Shown: one piece after another, positions 12,870 to 26,044 of the stretch
Layout of the letters: each line of letters starts with the position of its first letter
Position numbering within the stretch: the stretch's first letter is position 1
From: Octopus sinensis
Taxonomy: Eukaryota
Length of the DNA stretch: 64,000 bases
Assembly (NCBI RefSeq): GCF_006345805.1
Contig: NC_042999.1
Location: forward strand, 116,560,001 to 116,624,000
Reading direction: 5' to 3'
The notes under the pieces: model-generated
The model's database searches: none
Told to the model about the DNA's origin: nothing
What the model saw: only the letters and a program-made list of their open reading frames with translations
Made by a program: the position numbers and the translations under genes

Positions 12870-13160
12870 TTTTTTATCGGTCTTTATAAGGAAATGCTAA
12901 ATTACAGGATTGTCAACACGCCAACACCGGTTGCCAAGTGGTGGTGTGGTGTGGGCTTAAACACATGCACAATCAGGCACACCCACAGACACACACACAC
13001 ACACACAAACATATATAATCGATGGGCTTGTTTCAGTTTCCTTCAATCAAATTCACTCACAAGACTTTGGTAGTGCTGGGGCTATAGTAGAAGACACTTG
13101 CCCAAGCTGCCACTCAATGGGACTGAACGAAGAACCATGTGGTTGAGAAGCAAGCTTTTT
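12870..13160 (-). mobile_element. SINE family C, decayed
   Basis: AGAAGACACTTGCCCAAG..GGGACTGAAC..ACCATGTGGTTG..AAGCAAGC head revcomp. Other decayed C copies lie at about 12620-12730, 19890-20085 and 39700-39812. Confidence 0.7.
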
Positions 13161-13446
13161 ATTACACAGCCACGCCTAAACTAAACTAATTTTCTAACAG
13201 ACAATCAATATACAATACGATAACAATATCAAACCCAAATACAGTTTTATTCAGTTTTTATCACTCACTCATGAACATCCAGAAATACAGTGGTAGCTTC
13301 ACTGTACTAGCTTCACTAGTCTAGCGCTTTTCTAAAGGAGAGAGTATTAAGAAAAATTAACTGCCTTAGTTATTAACTATTAACGACGGAATCAGTATTA
13401 TTTCCAAAAGGTAATCATTATTTTCAACGTAACATGGATGTCTCGC

Positions 13447-13625
13447 TACTTGTACTTGTGACGACGTTCACCCAGAGCGGGTTGAGCCGGCTTCTTCTCT
13501 GTTCCCAACGGCATCACGAACCCTGGCGGCCCACGCTCGACGTTCCTGTGCGAGGTCACTGGAGATAGCGAGCCATTCGCGATTCCATCTGCGCAGACCG
13601 ACCACCTGCGGACCTGAGAGTTCGG
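13447..13625 (-). mobile_element. RTE-clade LINE extreme 3' end (heavily 5'-truncated)
   Basis: GC-rich island translating LSGPQVVGLRRWNREWLAISSDLAQERRAWAARVRDAVGNREEAGSTRSG* (stop 13468-13470), followed by a (CAAGTA)n tail. Confidence 0.75.
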
Positions 13626-13690
13626 AGATGTTCTCTTTTATCTTATCTTTATCCTTTATCTTAAAGATAAGGATAAAGGATAAAGGATGT

Positions 13691-13888
13691 CTTACTAGAA
13701 CACTGAATACTCGAATACTGCGTTGTTAGCCTCGGGAGATCCTCTCATGTTGGCGTTTGGTGCACACACATAGATTGTAGCAGACGAATGTCGTCTGCTA
13801 TGATCTATGTGCATGTTTTCATGTGCCAAACGCCTGTATGAGAAGATCTCTCCAGGCTAATAATGCAGTATTTGGTGTTCCAACAAGG
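13691..13888. mobile_element. Palindromic foldback/MITE-like element
   Basis: Imperfect inverted arms of about 90 bp around a 3-nt loop at 13788-13790. The motif CCTCTCATGTTGGCGTTTGGTGCA resembles the 55710-56012 palindrome. Confidence 0.7.
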
Positions 13889-14185
13889 TATCCATGTTAA
13901 CTGGTTTAGCGTTGCATCTATAACAAGTAATCTCGATGGCTCCGTTTTCTTTTCTATGAATAATGATTAAAGGATGTTACAACTGAAATTATTAAGCTCA
14001 AGTCGCTTCGAGGTTGCAGTTTGAAATAGATTACATGTTCTAGATAAACGTATCGCAATGTAAAGTAAATCTTCGGAGTTGTTCCAACAGCCTCAGTCCG
14101 TTATGAAACACGTCGTCATTTTATATCATTCGGTCAAAGGAAGTCACTTGGTTTTTACATGCTCGCACACACACGCACGCACACA

Positions 14186-14250
<65 letters not shown>

Positions 14251-14559
14251 CAAACATGTTTCCATTCATTTTCCGTTTTTCTCGACCCTTTGGACTCATA
14301 AGACCAACTTGCCGGGTTTACATGGCGTATAAGCGAACGAGATCACAACATTCTCACTGAACGGGACACTGGTCCGATGCAGGGCTCAAGGCTAGCAATT
14401 TTCTGAGGGTATTAGACACGTTGATTACATTGCATCCAGTACTTGAATACTCTCTTATAATATCGGCCAGGAAAGGATGAAAGGCAGAGTTCACCTCGAC
14501 GTCATTTGAGCTCAGAATGTAAAGAATGGAAGAAATGGTACCAAGCATTATACTTCGTG

Positions 14560-14822
14560 CTAACGATTCTCTGCCAACTCACAGTCTTCACAAGCGCGTG
14601 CACACACACACACAACACACACACACACACGCACACACAAAACATACACACACACAACATACACACATACAAAACATACACACACACACATCATACATAC
14701 ATACAAAGCATACACACACACAACATACACACACACACAACACACACACACACAACATACATAGACACAACACACACACACACAACATACTCACACACAA
14801 TACACACATACACAACACACGT

Positions 14823-14880
<58 letters not shown>
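14560..14880. repeat. Degenerate (CA)n-rich low-complexity tract
   Basis: Direct reading. Confidence 0.9.
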
Positions 14881-14881
<1 letters not shown>

Positions 14882-15198
14882 TTTAATCGGCAGGAGTTTC
14901 AAAATGATACTTGGGACGCGAGTTTTGTACATGACACTTATCACTAATGATAAGATCTCTGTCTGTCTGTTTGTCTCTCTCTGTCTCTCTCTCTCTGTAT
15001 ATTATATATGTGTGTTCATGTATGTGTGTGTATGCTCATATGTATATATGTATGTATGTATTATGTATGTACGTACGTATGTATGTATGTATGTATGTAT
15101 GTATGTATGTATGTATGTATGTATGTATGTATGCATGTATGTATGTACAATATATATTTATATATACATGCATATACGCATATATGCATTAATACATT

Positions 15199-15233
<35 letters not shown>

Positions 15234-16221
15234 GTATATGAATATATGTGTATATGTATATGTAAGTATGTATATAAAAATACACACACACACGCACACA
15301 CACTCACACACACATTCAATATGAACAATAGCTGCAGCAAACCCTCGGTTATCAGATAAGAAATCCAAAGGAACAAACTATGCTTCACTGCACCTAAGAC
15401 ACATTTTGAAAGATATATTTAACATATACAAGGATTATTGGACCTGAACCCTGGAAAAGTGAAATAGATGACCTGATTTGAAAATATCACAGAAACGTAA
15501 GACAATCATTTTTAGCTAAAGAATACCTAGTTAAAGATATAATGGGCTGAATACATTAAAACTATAATTTTTCCCCGATTCACAAAACGTCATAGAAGTG
15601 ATCTTTGATGGTTTGGAAGAATTGTTGGGGCACCGGGTAAATATACATTGCTATCTTCTATTTACGATCCTGTATGATCTGGGTTCAATTCCGGCTAAGT
15701 TGAACTTTGCTTTTTATTCTTCCGGGATCAGTAAAGTAAAGTGTTATTAAAGTACTAGGTCCAATTTAATCGGCTAACGCTGGCCAACAAATTTCTGGTT
15801 TTGTGCCTATTTAAAAAATTACTACTATTAATAACGTCGATAGAATGTTTCACAGACTCGTTAGCACGTCGAACAAAATGCTTAGCAGTATTTCTTCTGA
15901 GTTCACGTGTTACATTCTGAGTTCGCACGTTACACTAGAGGACGAGCAGGCGTGTCTCCTCCCGGCCCGAGGTTGATGGAAAACTGCCTTCAGGGTTCAA
16001 CTTTGCCTTTCCTGTCGAAATACAGCAGCTTAAAAGCGTTTAAACAAAGCGCATACATTATGTGACATCAAAAATGTTTACGTTATTGGAGCGGCTTCTA
16101 AGTCAAAACTGAATTTTGTTTTACTTGTGCGGCTCTGTCGCACTTCAGCAGAGAGATTTTATGCTATTTGTATATATCGTAGACCAGCGATTTGAATTCG
16201 TTTCAAGGGTTACTCGAGTAT

Positions 16222-16269
16222 ACAGTACTGATGAGCTGAAATAAACAGTCAAATATCGACATCTACCGT
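16222..16269 (+). ncRNA. Degenerate type I hammerhead ribozyme motif (Penelope-type)
   Basis: ACAGTA-CTGATGA-GCTG(AAATAAA)CAGT-CAAA-TATCGACAT-C-TACCGT. Stems I and II pair and stem III is near-palindromic, but GAAA is mutated to CAAA. Confidence 0.5.
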
Positions 16270-16595
16270 TCTCGTTTTCCTACGAGGCGATTTGCTTCAC
16301 CTGGTTTTGAGGTATTCTGTGTTTTTTAACACCATGCGTCTTGAAGAGACATTCCGTTGGCGAAATACCGCAGCCTAAAAGCGTTTAAACGAAACACATA
16401 CATTAAGTATGTGACAACAATAACATTTATATCATTTGAGCTACTTCTAACACAAATATATATTCCTATACATACATACATGCTTGCATGTATGCATACA
16501 TACATACATGCTTGCATGCATACATACATACATGCTTGCATGCATACATACATACATGCTTGCATGCATGCATATATGCATGCATACAGGCAGAC

Positions 16596-16740
<145 letters not shown>

Positions 16741-16757
16741 TTTGTACACACACACAT

Positions 16758-17092
16758 ATAAAGGATAAAGACCCCACTTCGGTTATGAATGACCATAGGA
16801 TTGCACCTAGAAAGTTCATCTCCGAGGCACAAGTCCGGGCAAGGTTGTTTATGGAAGACCAGCAATCGCCCATGCATACCTCGTGATGCCACTGATGTTA
16901 TCTAAGGGAAAGGCAAAGGCCGATACAACTTGGCACCAGTGACGTCACAACTCATTTCCACAGCTGAGTGAATTGGAGTAACCTGAAATAATGTGTCTTG
17001 CTCAAGAATACAACACACAGCCCGGTCCGGGAATCAAACTCACTACTTCATGGTTGTGAGCTTGGCGCTCTAACCAATGAGTCATACACCTT
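16758..17092 (-). mobile_element. SINE family B (tRNA-like head GAAGGCGCATGGCTCAGTGGTTAG), B2 body
   Basis: Shared body GGAAGACCAG..GGCCGATACA..CAGCTGAGTG..GTCTTGCTCAAG plus GGGAATCAAACTC (B-box revcomp). Other B2 copies lie at about 40520-40880, 43690-43988 and 45365-45688 (-), and 50047-50353 (+). Confidence 0.85.
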
Positions 17093-17223
17093 CACACACA
17101 CACACACACACACATCAACAAAAACAATAATAATAAGGATTAGTACGAGGTGGCATAGCATTATCTATTGAATACATAACTGAGAGCAACCAGTAAACGT
17201 TTAGAGTAATCCCTTACTATTTA

Positions 17224-17275
<52 letters not shown>

Positions 17276-18382
17276 ATATATATATACCTTAGATTGTTGA
17301 TGTTCTGTCAGTCCTGATCTAAAAGATCTATCATCAAAAGCATTCCAGCCATGACATTCTATTTTATTTCTCAGGTATAATAAACCGTGGACTATATTCT
17401 CCAATGTACCCTATTTTTAAGATGATAGTGTATGCATGATTGTGTGTGCACGTGTGAAAAAGTGATTCAGTTGAGGTTTGCTTACTATTTCTAGCAGTTT
17501 ATGTAACCATTTAGAATGTTCTCCCGTAGTTTCTCTTGCTAGAAGAATTGAACGCTGTACAGTAAACCAACGAAATCTCTATATAAAGCTGAAGTTGTCT
17601 GTGTATGGCAGGTTTGGTAGCCTTCAACTAACACTATCTCCTCCGAGACCCTGCGGCTCAAGTTGACCAATCTTGAGAGTATGATAGAAGAAGGCTTGCT
17701 CCTCCTTCCGTAGAAGGAAAAATTCAAATCGAACCACGTTAACACCAAAAGTTATTTACTTTTCTATGAAAATCCCTATTTTTTACGAATTTTTGACTGC
17801 TGTGTCGCCATTTTTCGGTGTATTTCAACCAGAAAAATGTTCACTTAAAGCGAATAACAAGCTACATAATGCAAAATTTTTACTTTTCAAAAATTCCAAT
17901 TCTAAAGGGTCGAAACAAACCCGAGCAATGCCGGGCGATTCTGCTAGTATTCGTTAAATTTCTTAAGAAATTGCTGCTACTATTGCTGCTCCTGCTGATG
18001 ATGATTGTTGTAATAAATCAAACAACTTACTAGACCTGCTTTGAATTTAGGTGATCATAGCCAATGAGTATAAAGACCGTTAGGTGCAGGCTTGAAACAG
18101 TGCAATACGAAGGAGATAACTGTCTGACTCTAGATTTGGTTTTCCGGAACTCTGTCTAATCGGACATCCGGCAGGTGGTTCTTAACCAATGAGCACTACT
18201 GAAAAAGTGTATTGCCACCACACTTCATAATGTATGCTATAAATGTAGCGAGATTTGCTAAAGTAGAATAAATTTGAACAGTAGCAAAGCAGTTGTACTA
18301 TTGGATTGGTGAACCACAAGTTTAGGCTTTTGAAACTTAAGGCTTAGCCACCAAACCTCACGCGCAAACACAGAAACGCAGA

Positions 18383-18397
18383 AAGAGAGAGAGAGAG

Positions 18398-18436
<39 letters not shown>

Positions 18437-18800
18437 GAAGAGGAGGGAGAGAGGCAGACAGAGAGAGAGAGAGAAAGAGAGAAAGACAGAGAGAAGGGGA
18501 GGGAGAGATAGAAAGAGAAAGAGAGAAAGGAGCAGAGAGAGAAAGAGAGGGCGGGGAGAAGGAGAAAGAAAGAGATAGAGGGGAGAAGGAGGGAAAGTGA
18601 GAAAGAGAGACAGAGAGAGAAAGGGGAAAAGAGATAACAATAGGGAGAGATAGAGGAAAAGAGGGTCAGAGAGATAGAGAGAGAGAAAAAGGAGGAGCGA
18701 GAAAGAGAGAGAAAGAGAGAGCGAGGGAGAGAGAGAGAGTATGAGAGAGAGAGTATGAGAGAGAGAGAGAGAGAGTATGAGAGAGAGAGAGAGAGTTGGA
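18383..18800. repeat. (GA)-rich polypurine low-complexity tract
   Basis: About 420 bp that is almost purely A/G on the + strand. Confidence 0.9.
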
Positions 18801-20093
18801 CAGACAGAGGATGAAATAGACAGAGAAAAAGAACCGGTAGTAGACAAACGAAATGTGTAACGTTTCTGCGTCGACAAAGTAATCTACATTTTGACCGAGT
18901 ATAAGCATCTCTGAAGGGTAAACAGCTGGATGTTGAAATAATGTGTTAATGTGCTTGTCGAAAGTGCTGGCTACTCTTAACAAAACGGATCTTTAATTGC
19001 CGGATCACTATTACCGATAAATGATACTACAATTCGAGTTCGATATACTCCCTGCTTTCGTTTTAAGTTCAAATTTTACAGTTCTGTAATTTTCTATGGT
19101 TACTTCGATGTTAATCGATGCCACAGGTGTTGTATTATTTATTTTTTCTCGGATCTTTTCAGATTGACTGCTATATTTCAAAAATTTCAAGTTTATTGAA
19201 AATTTTAAAATTTGGTTCATTAATGTAGTTTTCCAAGCTGAAGCTCAGGAGATATTTCATTTTCTCCAGGAAAAGTTTTAAAAAAAGTTATAGAGGTTTA
19301 AGTTTGATAATTTTCATTCAGTCAGAAAACAGGATTTGGAAGCTGTCATTATGTGTATGACAGCACGTGCTGTCAACTGTAAACAAATCAAACTCTGCTT
19401 TACGCATGTCATATAACCTCTCATAGCTTTAAATGATTTTTTTTGGAACTTTCAGAAAATTTGTGCGAATTTGTATTCTACACACGGGAATTCATGCAAT
19501 TATTCAAAAATAAAACAAAACATTTTTGGTGCGTGATTTAAAGCCCATTTGTTATTTTAAGCACATCTGACGACCACCTCAGTAAGTGGAAAATATTTGT
19601 CAACACGTGCTTTGTCGCAGACAAAAAAGTTCCCATGCTTGGTTTGTTACTATGGAAACAGGCATCAACGTGTCTGTGGCTTACGATTGGCTAAAATTAC
19701 CCAAACTTTTCTAGCTTTAAAAGCTAATAACTCTTTATTTATCGATTTATTGCGAATATGAATTTCAAAGCACTGATTAGCGTATAAAACCATATCATTA
19801 CACCGAATATGAAATCAATTCGAGTAGAAATTGAAGAGATTAAAAATTGGCAGCCAAACAAAAAAAATAAAATCCCTTTTCTCTTCTATTTCTTTCTGTC
19901 AGTTGACTGCAAGCATGCTGGAGTACCGCCTTGAAGGGTTTTAGTTGAACAAATCGACTCGAAGACTTTTTTAGTCTAGTACTTATTCTATCGGTCTCTT
20001 ATGCTGAACCGCCAAGTTATGGAGACGTAAATACACCAGCATCGGTTGTCAAGCGGTGATGAAGAGGAGACAAACACAAACATACACACATAG

Positions 20094-20160
<67 letters not shown>

Positions 20161-21439
20161 TACACACATATAGTTCACAGAGGAGATCCAGCTCTCTCAA
20201 GCTGAAACCAGTAAAGAAAAAAAATTGGGGGCTATTTTGATGTTGTTATTAGCAGGTCATGTGGTCATGTAGAAATTCCTCTGTTGACTCCTAATTAAAT
20301 TAATGAATCTGTGTTGGCAACTGGTAGGTAAAACGAGACTATGCAAAAACAAACAAGGAAAATCAGATAAAAGAAGAATATAGTTAGAACTGTAATGGTA
20401 TAAACTGTGCAAAGAGTTAAACGAACATAAATATACTTATAGAGGAATTGCCCGCACTACGGAAACTCAGATTATGGAATTTCGGCGCTTACAGAAATTA
20501 TAAAGACTGACCACTAATTTCGAGATTAGGCCGGTAATGTCTCTCTTACGGAAACTTGGGTAGATTTTAACCATTTTCTTTTTTTACATTATACGGGCAT
20601 AAACTTAAACTTTGGCTTGGGCCTTCTTATCTATCGCTGCCGCTGAATAAACTTCTTATCTGTTGCCTCCAATCTGTTTTTCTTATCTTTCGAGGCTGCT
20701 GTGTCATTTGACTTTTTTACAAGCGTACAGAACGTAACGGTAAAGTAACACTACACTTATTCAAGAAAGCTGGAAAGAGACGAAAGTGTTGCGAAAGGGT
20801 TTGTAAAGGGATAGCGTTGGACGTTAAACTCGATGCTTTACTGTGATTAGTTTGCTGCTGTAGAAAATATAAAAAAAAGTACAAAGTCATATTGTATAAA
20901 CATTTAAGATTGCATCGTCTACAGTGGGAACAACATGTGGTAATAAAGATAAGATTAGATCAAATGCTCAAGTAGCTCCTTCCTTTACTGTCTGAAAATG
21001 GTTCCTTCTCCAAGGATCTGGTGGGATAATTTATATAGTACTAATCCTGAATGTGAGGGGATCGACTATAAAACAGGACGTAATATTTCCATAAAAGTGA
21101 GGGCCATTCCAGGTGAAAACTACAACTTTACATTAAGTTTATCCCCTTGTGTATTTCTCGTCAAATCTTTTATGTGTACCCTACTGGATGCGTTTGAAGA
21201 TGTTTGTTATCCGGCATATAAATGATTGTATTACTATTTTATTTCTGAAAAGAGTTCGTTGGAACGTATCTAAATTGATAACATGAAGTCAAAGCTTAAA
21301 TCGGTTTGTGTCACAGAATTACACGTTACAGCAATGCTTTCAAGGACATAGATATATTAGGCAAGGAACACGAGAGGGACAAGTTTGAACAAATCTTGTA
21401 TTAGTGCGCGCGCATAATTATATATGCCAGAATATACAA

Positions 21440-21650
21440 AGAGGAGTCCTTCTCTCTTGGAGAACTTATAAAATTCATATTCCTCCGACTAGTCAGCGAG
21501 AAATTGATAAACAGCTTGGACGGACAAGGACACTTAGGAAAACAACATGCATATTTGTGGGCTGTGTACTGAATATGTAGAGTCTGAAAGAGATAGACTG
21601 TTTGTTGGTGCAAACAGTTATGCGTCAAGCATCGGGTGCGTCTAGGCTAA
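21440..21650 (+). pseudogene. Possible piggyBac-like transposase C-terminal remnant
   Basis: Translates FIFLRLVSEKLINSLDGQGH...ICRV*KR*TVCWCKQLC, resembling the piggyBac cysteine-rich tail (GH..CRVC..K.T...C..C). Several stops. Confidence 0.35.
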
Positions 21651-21971
21651 TTCTTGTTTTCCCGACAGAGGGGTACATTTCAAGACTGAAGATTATGTGT
21701 TACTCCGATGAAGGAAACTATTTTCCATTGCATTTTTTAGGGTTGTCTTTTTACCCTTTTCTGTGAACAGATATATTGTGCTTGGGCAAGAAATCGCAAG
21801 GTTGAAGAGTATGTGTTGCTTTAATGCCGAGTTCATTAATGTGTGAATCAGGCTGGATTGGACGATGCGTGTACCAAACGTAGGTGGCTGCTCGTCACGT
21901 CGTTGTACGTGTGACAACTTATTAGTTTTTATACTTTTATTTATATTTCATTTAATTATATCTGTGTATAT

Positions 21972-22262
21972 GTGAAGGCGTGTGGCCTAGTGATTAGGGT
22001 GCTGCATTCGCGATTGCTAGATCGTAGGTTCGATTCCCGAACCGGGCGGCGCAAAATGATTAATTTCACGTTGCTTCCAGTCCACTCACCTATAAATAGG
22101 TAACCCTGCCACCAAATAGCCCCACTGCACCCCGATCAGGGGAATGTTGGCCTGCACGCCTAGCTAGCAGGTTGACATCATTCGAAGGCTAAAACAATGC
22201 GAAGCGCATTGTGAACAGTGATGCCTAACGACATTCGATAATTTGGTCAGTACTATCATATC
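21972..22262 (+). mobile_element. SINE family B head with a different body
   Basis: GAAGGCGTGTGGCCTAGTGATTAGGG..GGTTCGATTCCCG shows A and B boxes. Confidence 0.7.
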
Positions 22263-22939
22263 TGTATATAAGTATATACGCATGGTGAATGTGACAAGGC
22301 TGGCCTTGAGCTTGCACCAGTAGGTTAGACAGGATGGATGCAAGAGGGGCGCCGTCCACTGGTGCCCTTTGGGACCCTGGGGTTATCCAAGACTGGTAGG
22401 ACTCTTTGGCTGTGCCTGAGTGTACTTACCACTATTAGGGAATTTTGCTTATGTCAATTTTCTTGTTGTTTATTGTTGTATTATTTACATATATTTATGT
22501 AAATCCTCCCAGCCTTTTGTTTTGTCTTGCCCTAAATGCTTTTTTTTTTTGCTTGTACGGACAATAAAGAAATTATCACTATTATTATTAAAATCGTTAT
22601 AATTTTTTGCTTTATCTATTAATTATTCAAGTTTGATTTACTAAGTCGATAAGAATAAATCTGAGATAATAGTTGTAGTCCTGCCAGACTCTACCAGTTC
22701 TTCTCTCTTTTCTTTTCTTTTAGCTCTTCTTTTTATACCTTTTTGTTCTTTTGATAAAAATCTGGCCATAACTGCTATCGCAGGATGGTAGACACATAAA
22801 GAATGGTACATTTTGGAAAGAACACAACCATGGCTTTCGTTAATGTAGCCAAGGAAACCTTAGTTTAGCAAATAAAATAAAAATGAAAATGAAAATATAA
22901 AAAGGAAAACAGAGCAATACAACGATAATAAAGGAATAA

Positions 22940-23027
22940 ATAATATATGTATACATATACATACATACATGCATACATACATATATATACATATACATAT
23001 ATATATATGCATGTATATATATGCATA

Positions 23028-23070
<43 letters not shown>

Positions 23071-23073
23071 ATG

Positions 23074-23141
<68 letters not shown>

Positions 23142-23200
23142 TATATATATATATATTATATATATATACATATATATATATGTATGTATAAATATAAATG

Positions 23201-23231
<31 letters not shown>

Positions 23232-23234
23232 ATA

Positions 23235-23304
<70 letters not shown>

Positions 23305-23310
23305 TGCATA
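22940..23310. repeat. Long (TA)n microsatellite
   Basis: About 370 bp of TA with sparse TG/CA interruptions. Confidence 0.95.
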
Positions 23311-23929
23311 TATGCCTGTACGTGTGGGGGGAAGTGTGCGTGCGTGCAAAGAGAATAAAGAGATGGATTACTATTTCTATATATTTTTTTATGTTTTCAT
23401 TACTGTTAAATTGGGCAAACGTCACTTCTGATTGTTTTTACTGGTATTTATTATAATCGTATCTGGCATAAAAATTCACTAATGATCTTTATTGTATGTA
23501 ATATAACTAACTAGCTTGTTGAAACTGTGTATTTTTAGCTTGTCTGTGAATGAAGTATTAACACTGTTAAAGTTTGATAGAAGCACCATCTGTCGCTATG
23601 AACCAATTTCGTTAATAAGTTTTCATTTATCTCTAATTTTTTTTTTTTAGTCATATACAGTTCAATCAATCTAACGAGAGAACGTCTATTTAGTTGCACA
23701 ATATGCTAGAAATAGTAGCCAGATCTCTTTAAAACCACATCCGGCTGTATTAAGAAAATGAACGACACATTAAATAATGTGGCTTTATGAATGGTACTAT
23801 GTCAAAATTCTAGGCTAGAGAGTCTTTTTGTTTGTGGGTTTTCTTGATTAGATCTGTTCTTTCAGCTAAGGAATAGCGCACAAAATAAATTAATTAGCTT
23901 GGCTGGTCATTAAGTAATATCAATTTCAA

Positions 23930-24135
23930 ATTTTGGCACAAGGTTAGCAATTTCGTGGGAAAGATAGGTCGATTAGACTGATCATAGTGTTTAACTGGTA
24001 CTTTTTTTATCGACCTCTAAAAGCATGAAAGGAGAAGTCGTCCTCGGCGGAATCCGAAAGCAGAACGTAAAGACGTGCAAAATGCTGCTAAGCATTTTGT
24101 CCGGCGTTCTAACGATTCTGCCATTTCGCCGCTTT
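23930..24135 (-). mobile_element. SINE family A, decayed
   Basis: AACTGGTAC..TATCGACC..ATGAAAGG..AAGTCG..CGGCGGAAT..CAGAACGTAAAG. Other decayed A copies lie at about 14385-14520, 25060-25205, 26497-26708, 36236-36362 and 54505-54700 (-), and 15660-16010 and 61973-62180 (+). Confidence 0.75.
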
Positions 24136-24522
24136 AGGGGATTAAGTCATTACAAGAATTATATTTTTCAGTTCTATACTAGCACTCAAGGACACAGCGC
24201 ACTAGGAATCGAACTCACGATCATGAGAAGAACACCCTAACTAGTCAGCCACGCGCCTTCACTCAAACACACTCGGACACACGTAGACATATATACATGT
24301 ACTAACTCACAAACCACCATCACCACATGGCATTTTGATTACCTTTAGCGGATACCACTATGTTTCAAGCATTCGGTCTGGTTGAGTTCTTCTTTTTCAG
24401 GTTGCCTTTCTCCGACCTCCAGTCTCAAAGGCTTTTTAATGAGTGCTTAAGGTTGCTTTCAATCAGTAGGGAAGGTACTACCTTCTCTTTTGAATAAAAA
24501 AGAAAAAGAATTTACAAATTCT

Positions 24523-24564
<42 letters not shown>

Positions 24565-25310
24565 CGTCACACACACACAGAACGTCAACTTTCCATACTT
24601 ATGTTTGTCTGCAGCCATTAGCTTGTAGCCGTTCATGAAAGAGTTTAGCCAAATTGATATCAACGATCTTGTAAGACCTATGAGGGCTCTAGGGCTTAGT
24701 CTCTCCACTCCATATCAAAGGATTTACACTAACACACGGTTATATGCACATATACATTTACACCAAAAGACACATGTCTTAAGACGAACCTTTTTATAAT
24801 CAGGGCAATGGAACAGACGTTCAATTATTCCGTAGTCCCTTTTTGTTTTTAGAGTAATCCTGGGGGAAAACATTTTTCTAAGCGGTGCTCAGGGAAACGT
24901 AATCTTTCATTGTAAAAATTCACAATAGCTAAACAACGACCATAACAATTACAAAAACGACGTCAACCACGGCCTCTACAGTTATAACAACAAGAACAGT
25001 AGCAGCGGTAGTAGCAGCAGCAGCAGCAGTAACAACAACAACAACAACAATCATCGTAATGTTTTCTACTTTAGGCACAAAGTCAGTAGTTTTAAGTAGA
25101 GGAAGTTAGTCACTTAGACCGACTTGACTTATACTTGATTTTATTGACCCCGTAGGGATGGAAGGCAAAGTTTACTCCTGCAGGATTTGAATTAGAAACG
25201 TAAAGAGGTGGGTTAACTGCAACAAACCATGAAGTATCATCTGTAAAATAAAAAATATCACCTTAGTCTGCTAGCTGTGGGAAGCTGACACTTTCCATCG
25301 TTTTCATGAA

Positions 25311-25352
<42 letters not shown>

Positions 25353-25354
25353 TA

Positions 25355-25385
<31 letters not shown>

Positions 25386-25386
<1 letters not shown>

Positions 25387-25879
25387 TGATTGGAAGTGTT
25401 ATCATGTACATTGTTTTGTCTTGGTATAAAAGATGGTCTACACCAAATATTCAGCCCAATACCACGGATTTGCTTGTCAGTTGTTTGACCTTAACCAGTT
25501 GACCATGTCTTTTAGTGGTTGACGATATGTGCATCTCTGATCACGAGCAGAAGTAGTGGGGGAGCATCATAGCCATGTGTTGAGAGGGATTCTTTGGGGT
25601 TTGAATATTTCACCTCTGGAAGCATGGGTGTTTCGTTCAACATCCTTAAACAACCCTTATTCAAGGTCCTTTTGAGCGGGATGGGTTACTCGACCAGAAG
25701 AAAATTCTAACTGGGCCCCACCTGCAAGGTCACGTGCTGTTTATCTTGATATGAGATCACCATGTCGCGCACATATGGTTGTGATGCATGTGCCTAGTGT
25801 ACCTTTATCAGATGGGTATACTGGGCTTCGTATATTTTACCCCAGTGTCACTTTGATGGCATGCGCTGCTCTCTCACTC
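25386..25879 (+). mobile_element. About 490-bp non-coding interspersed element embedded in (TAA)n
   Basis: A complex, higher-GC block flanked on both sides by (TAA)n arrays (25315-25385 and 25880-26085). No ORF. Orientation is inferred from the longer (AAT)n tail. Confidence 0.55.
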
Positions 25880-25901
25880 AATAATAATAATTTTAATTAT
25901 G

Positions 25902-25937
<36 letters not shown>

Positions 25938-25974
25938 TAATAATATAATAATAATGATAATAATAATAATAATA

Positions 25975-26044
<70 letters not shown>

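Noticed and set aside
17480-17760. Possible RT-like peptide (SKWLHKLLEIV) on the minus strand
   Set aside because: It is a single short motif, ambiguous between RTE and Penelope, and not enough to call.
18058-18080. CCAAT followed by TATAAA
   Set aside because: The spacing is too short and there is no downstream gene evidence; such motifs are expected by chance.
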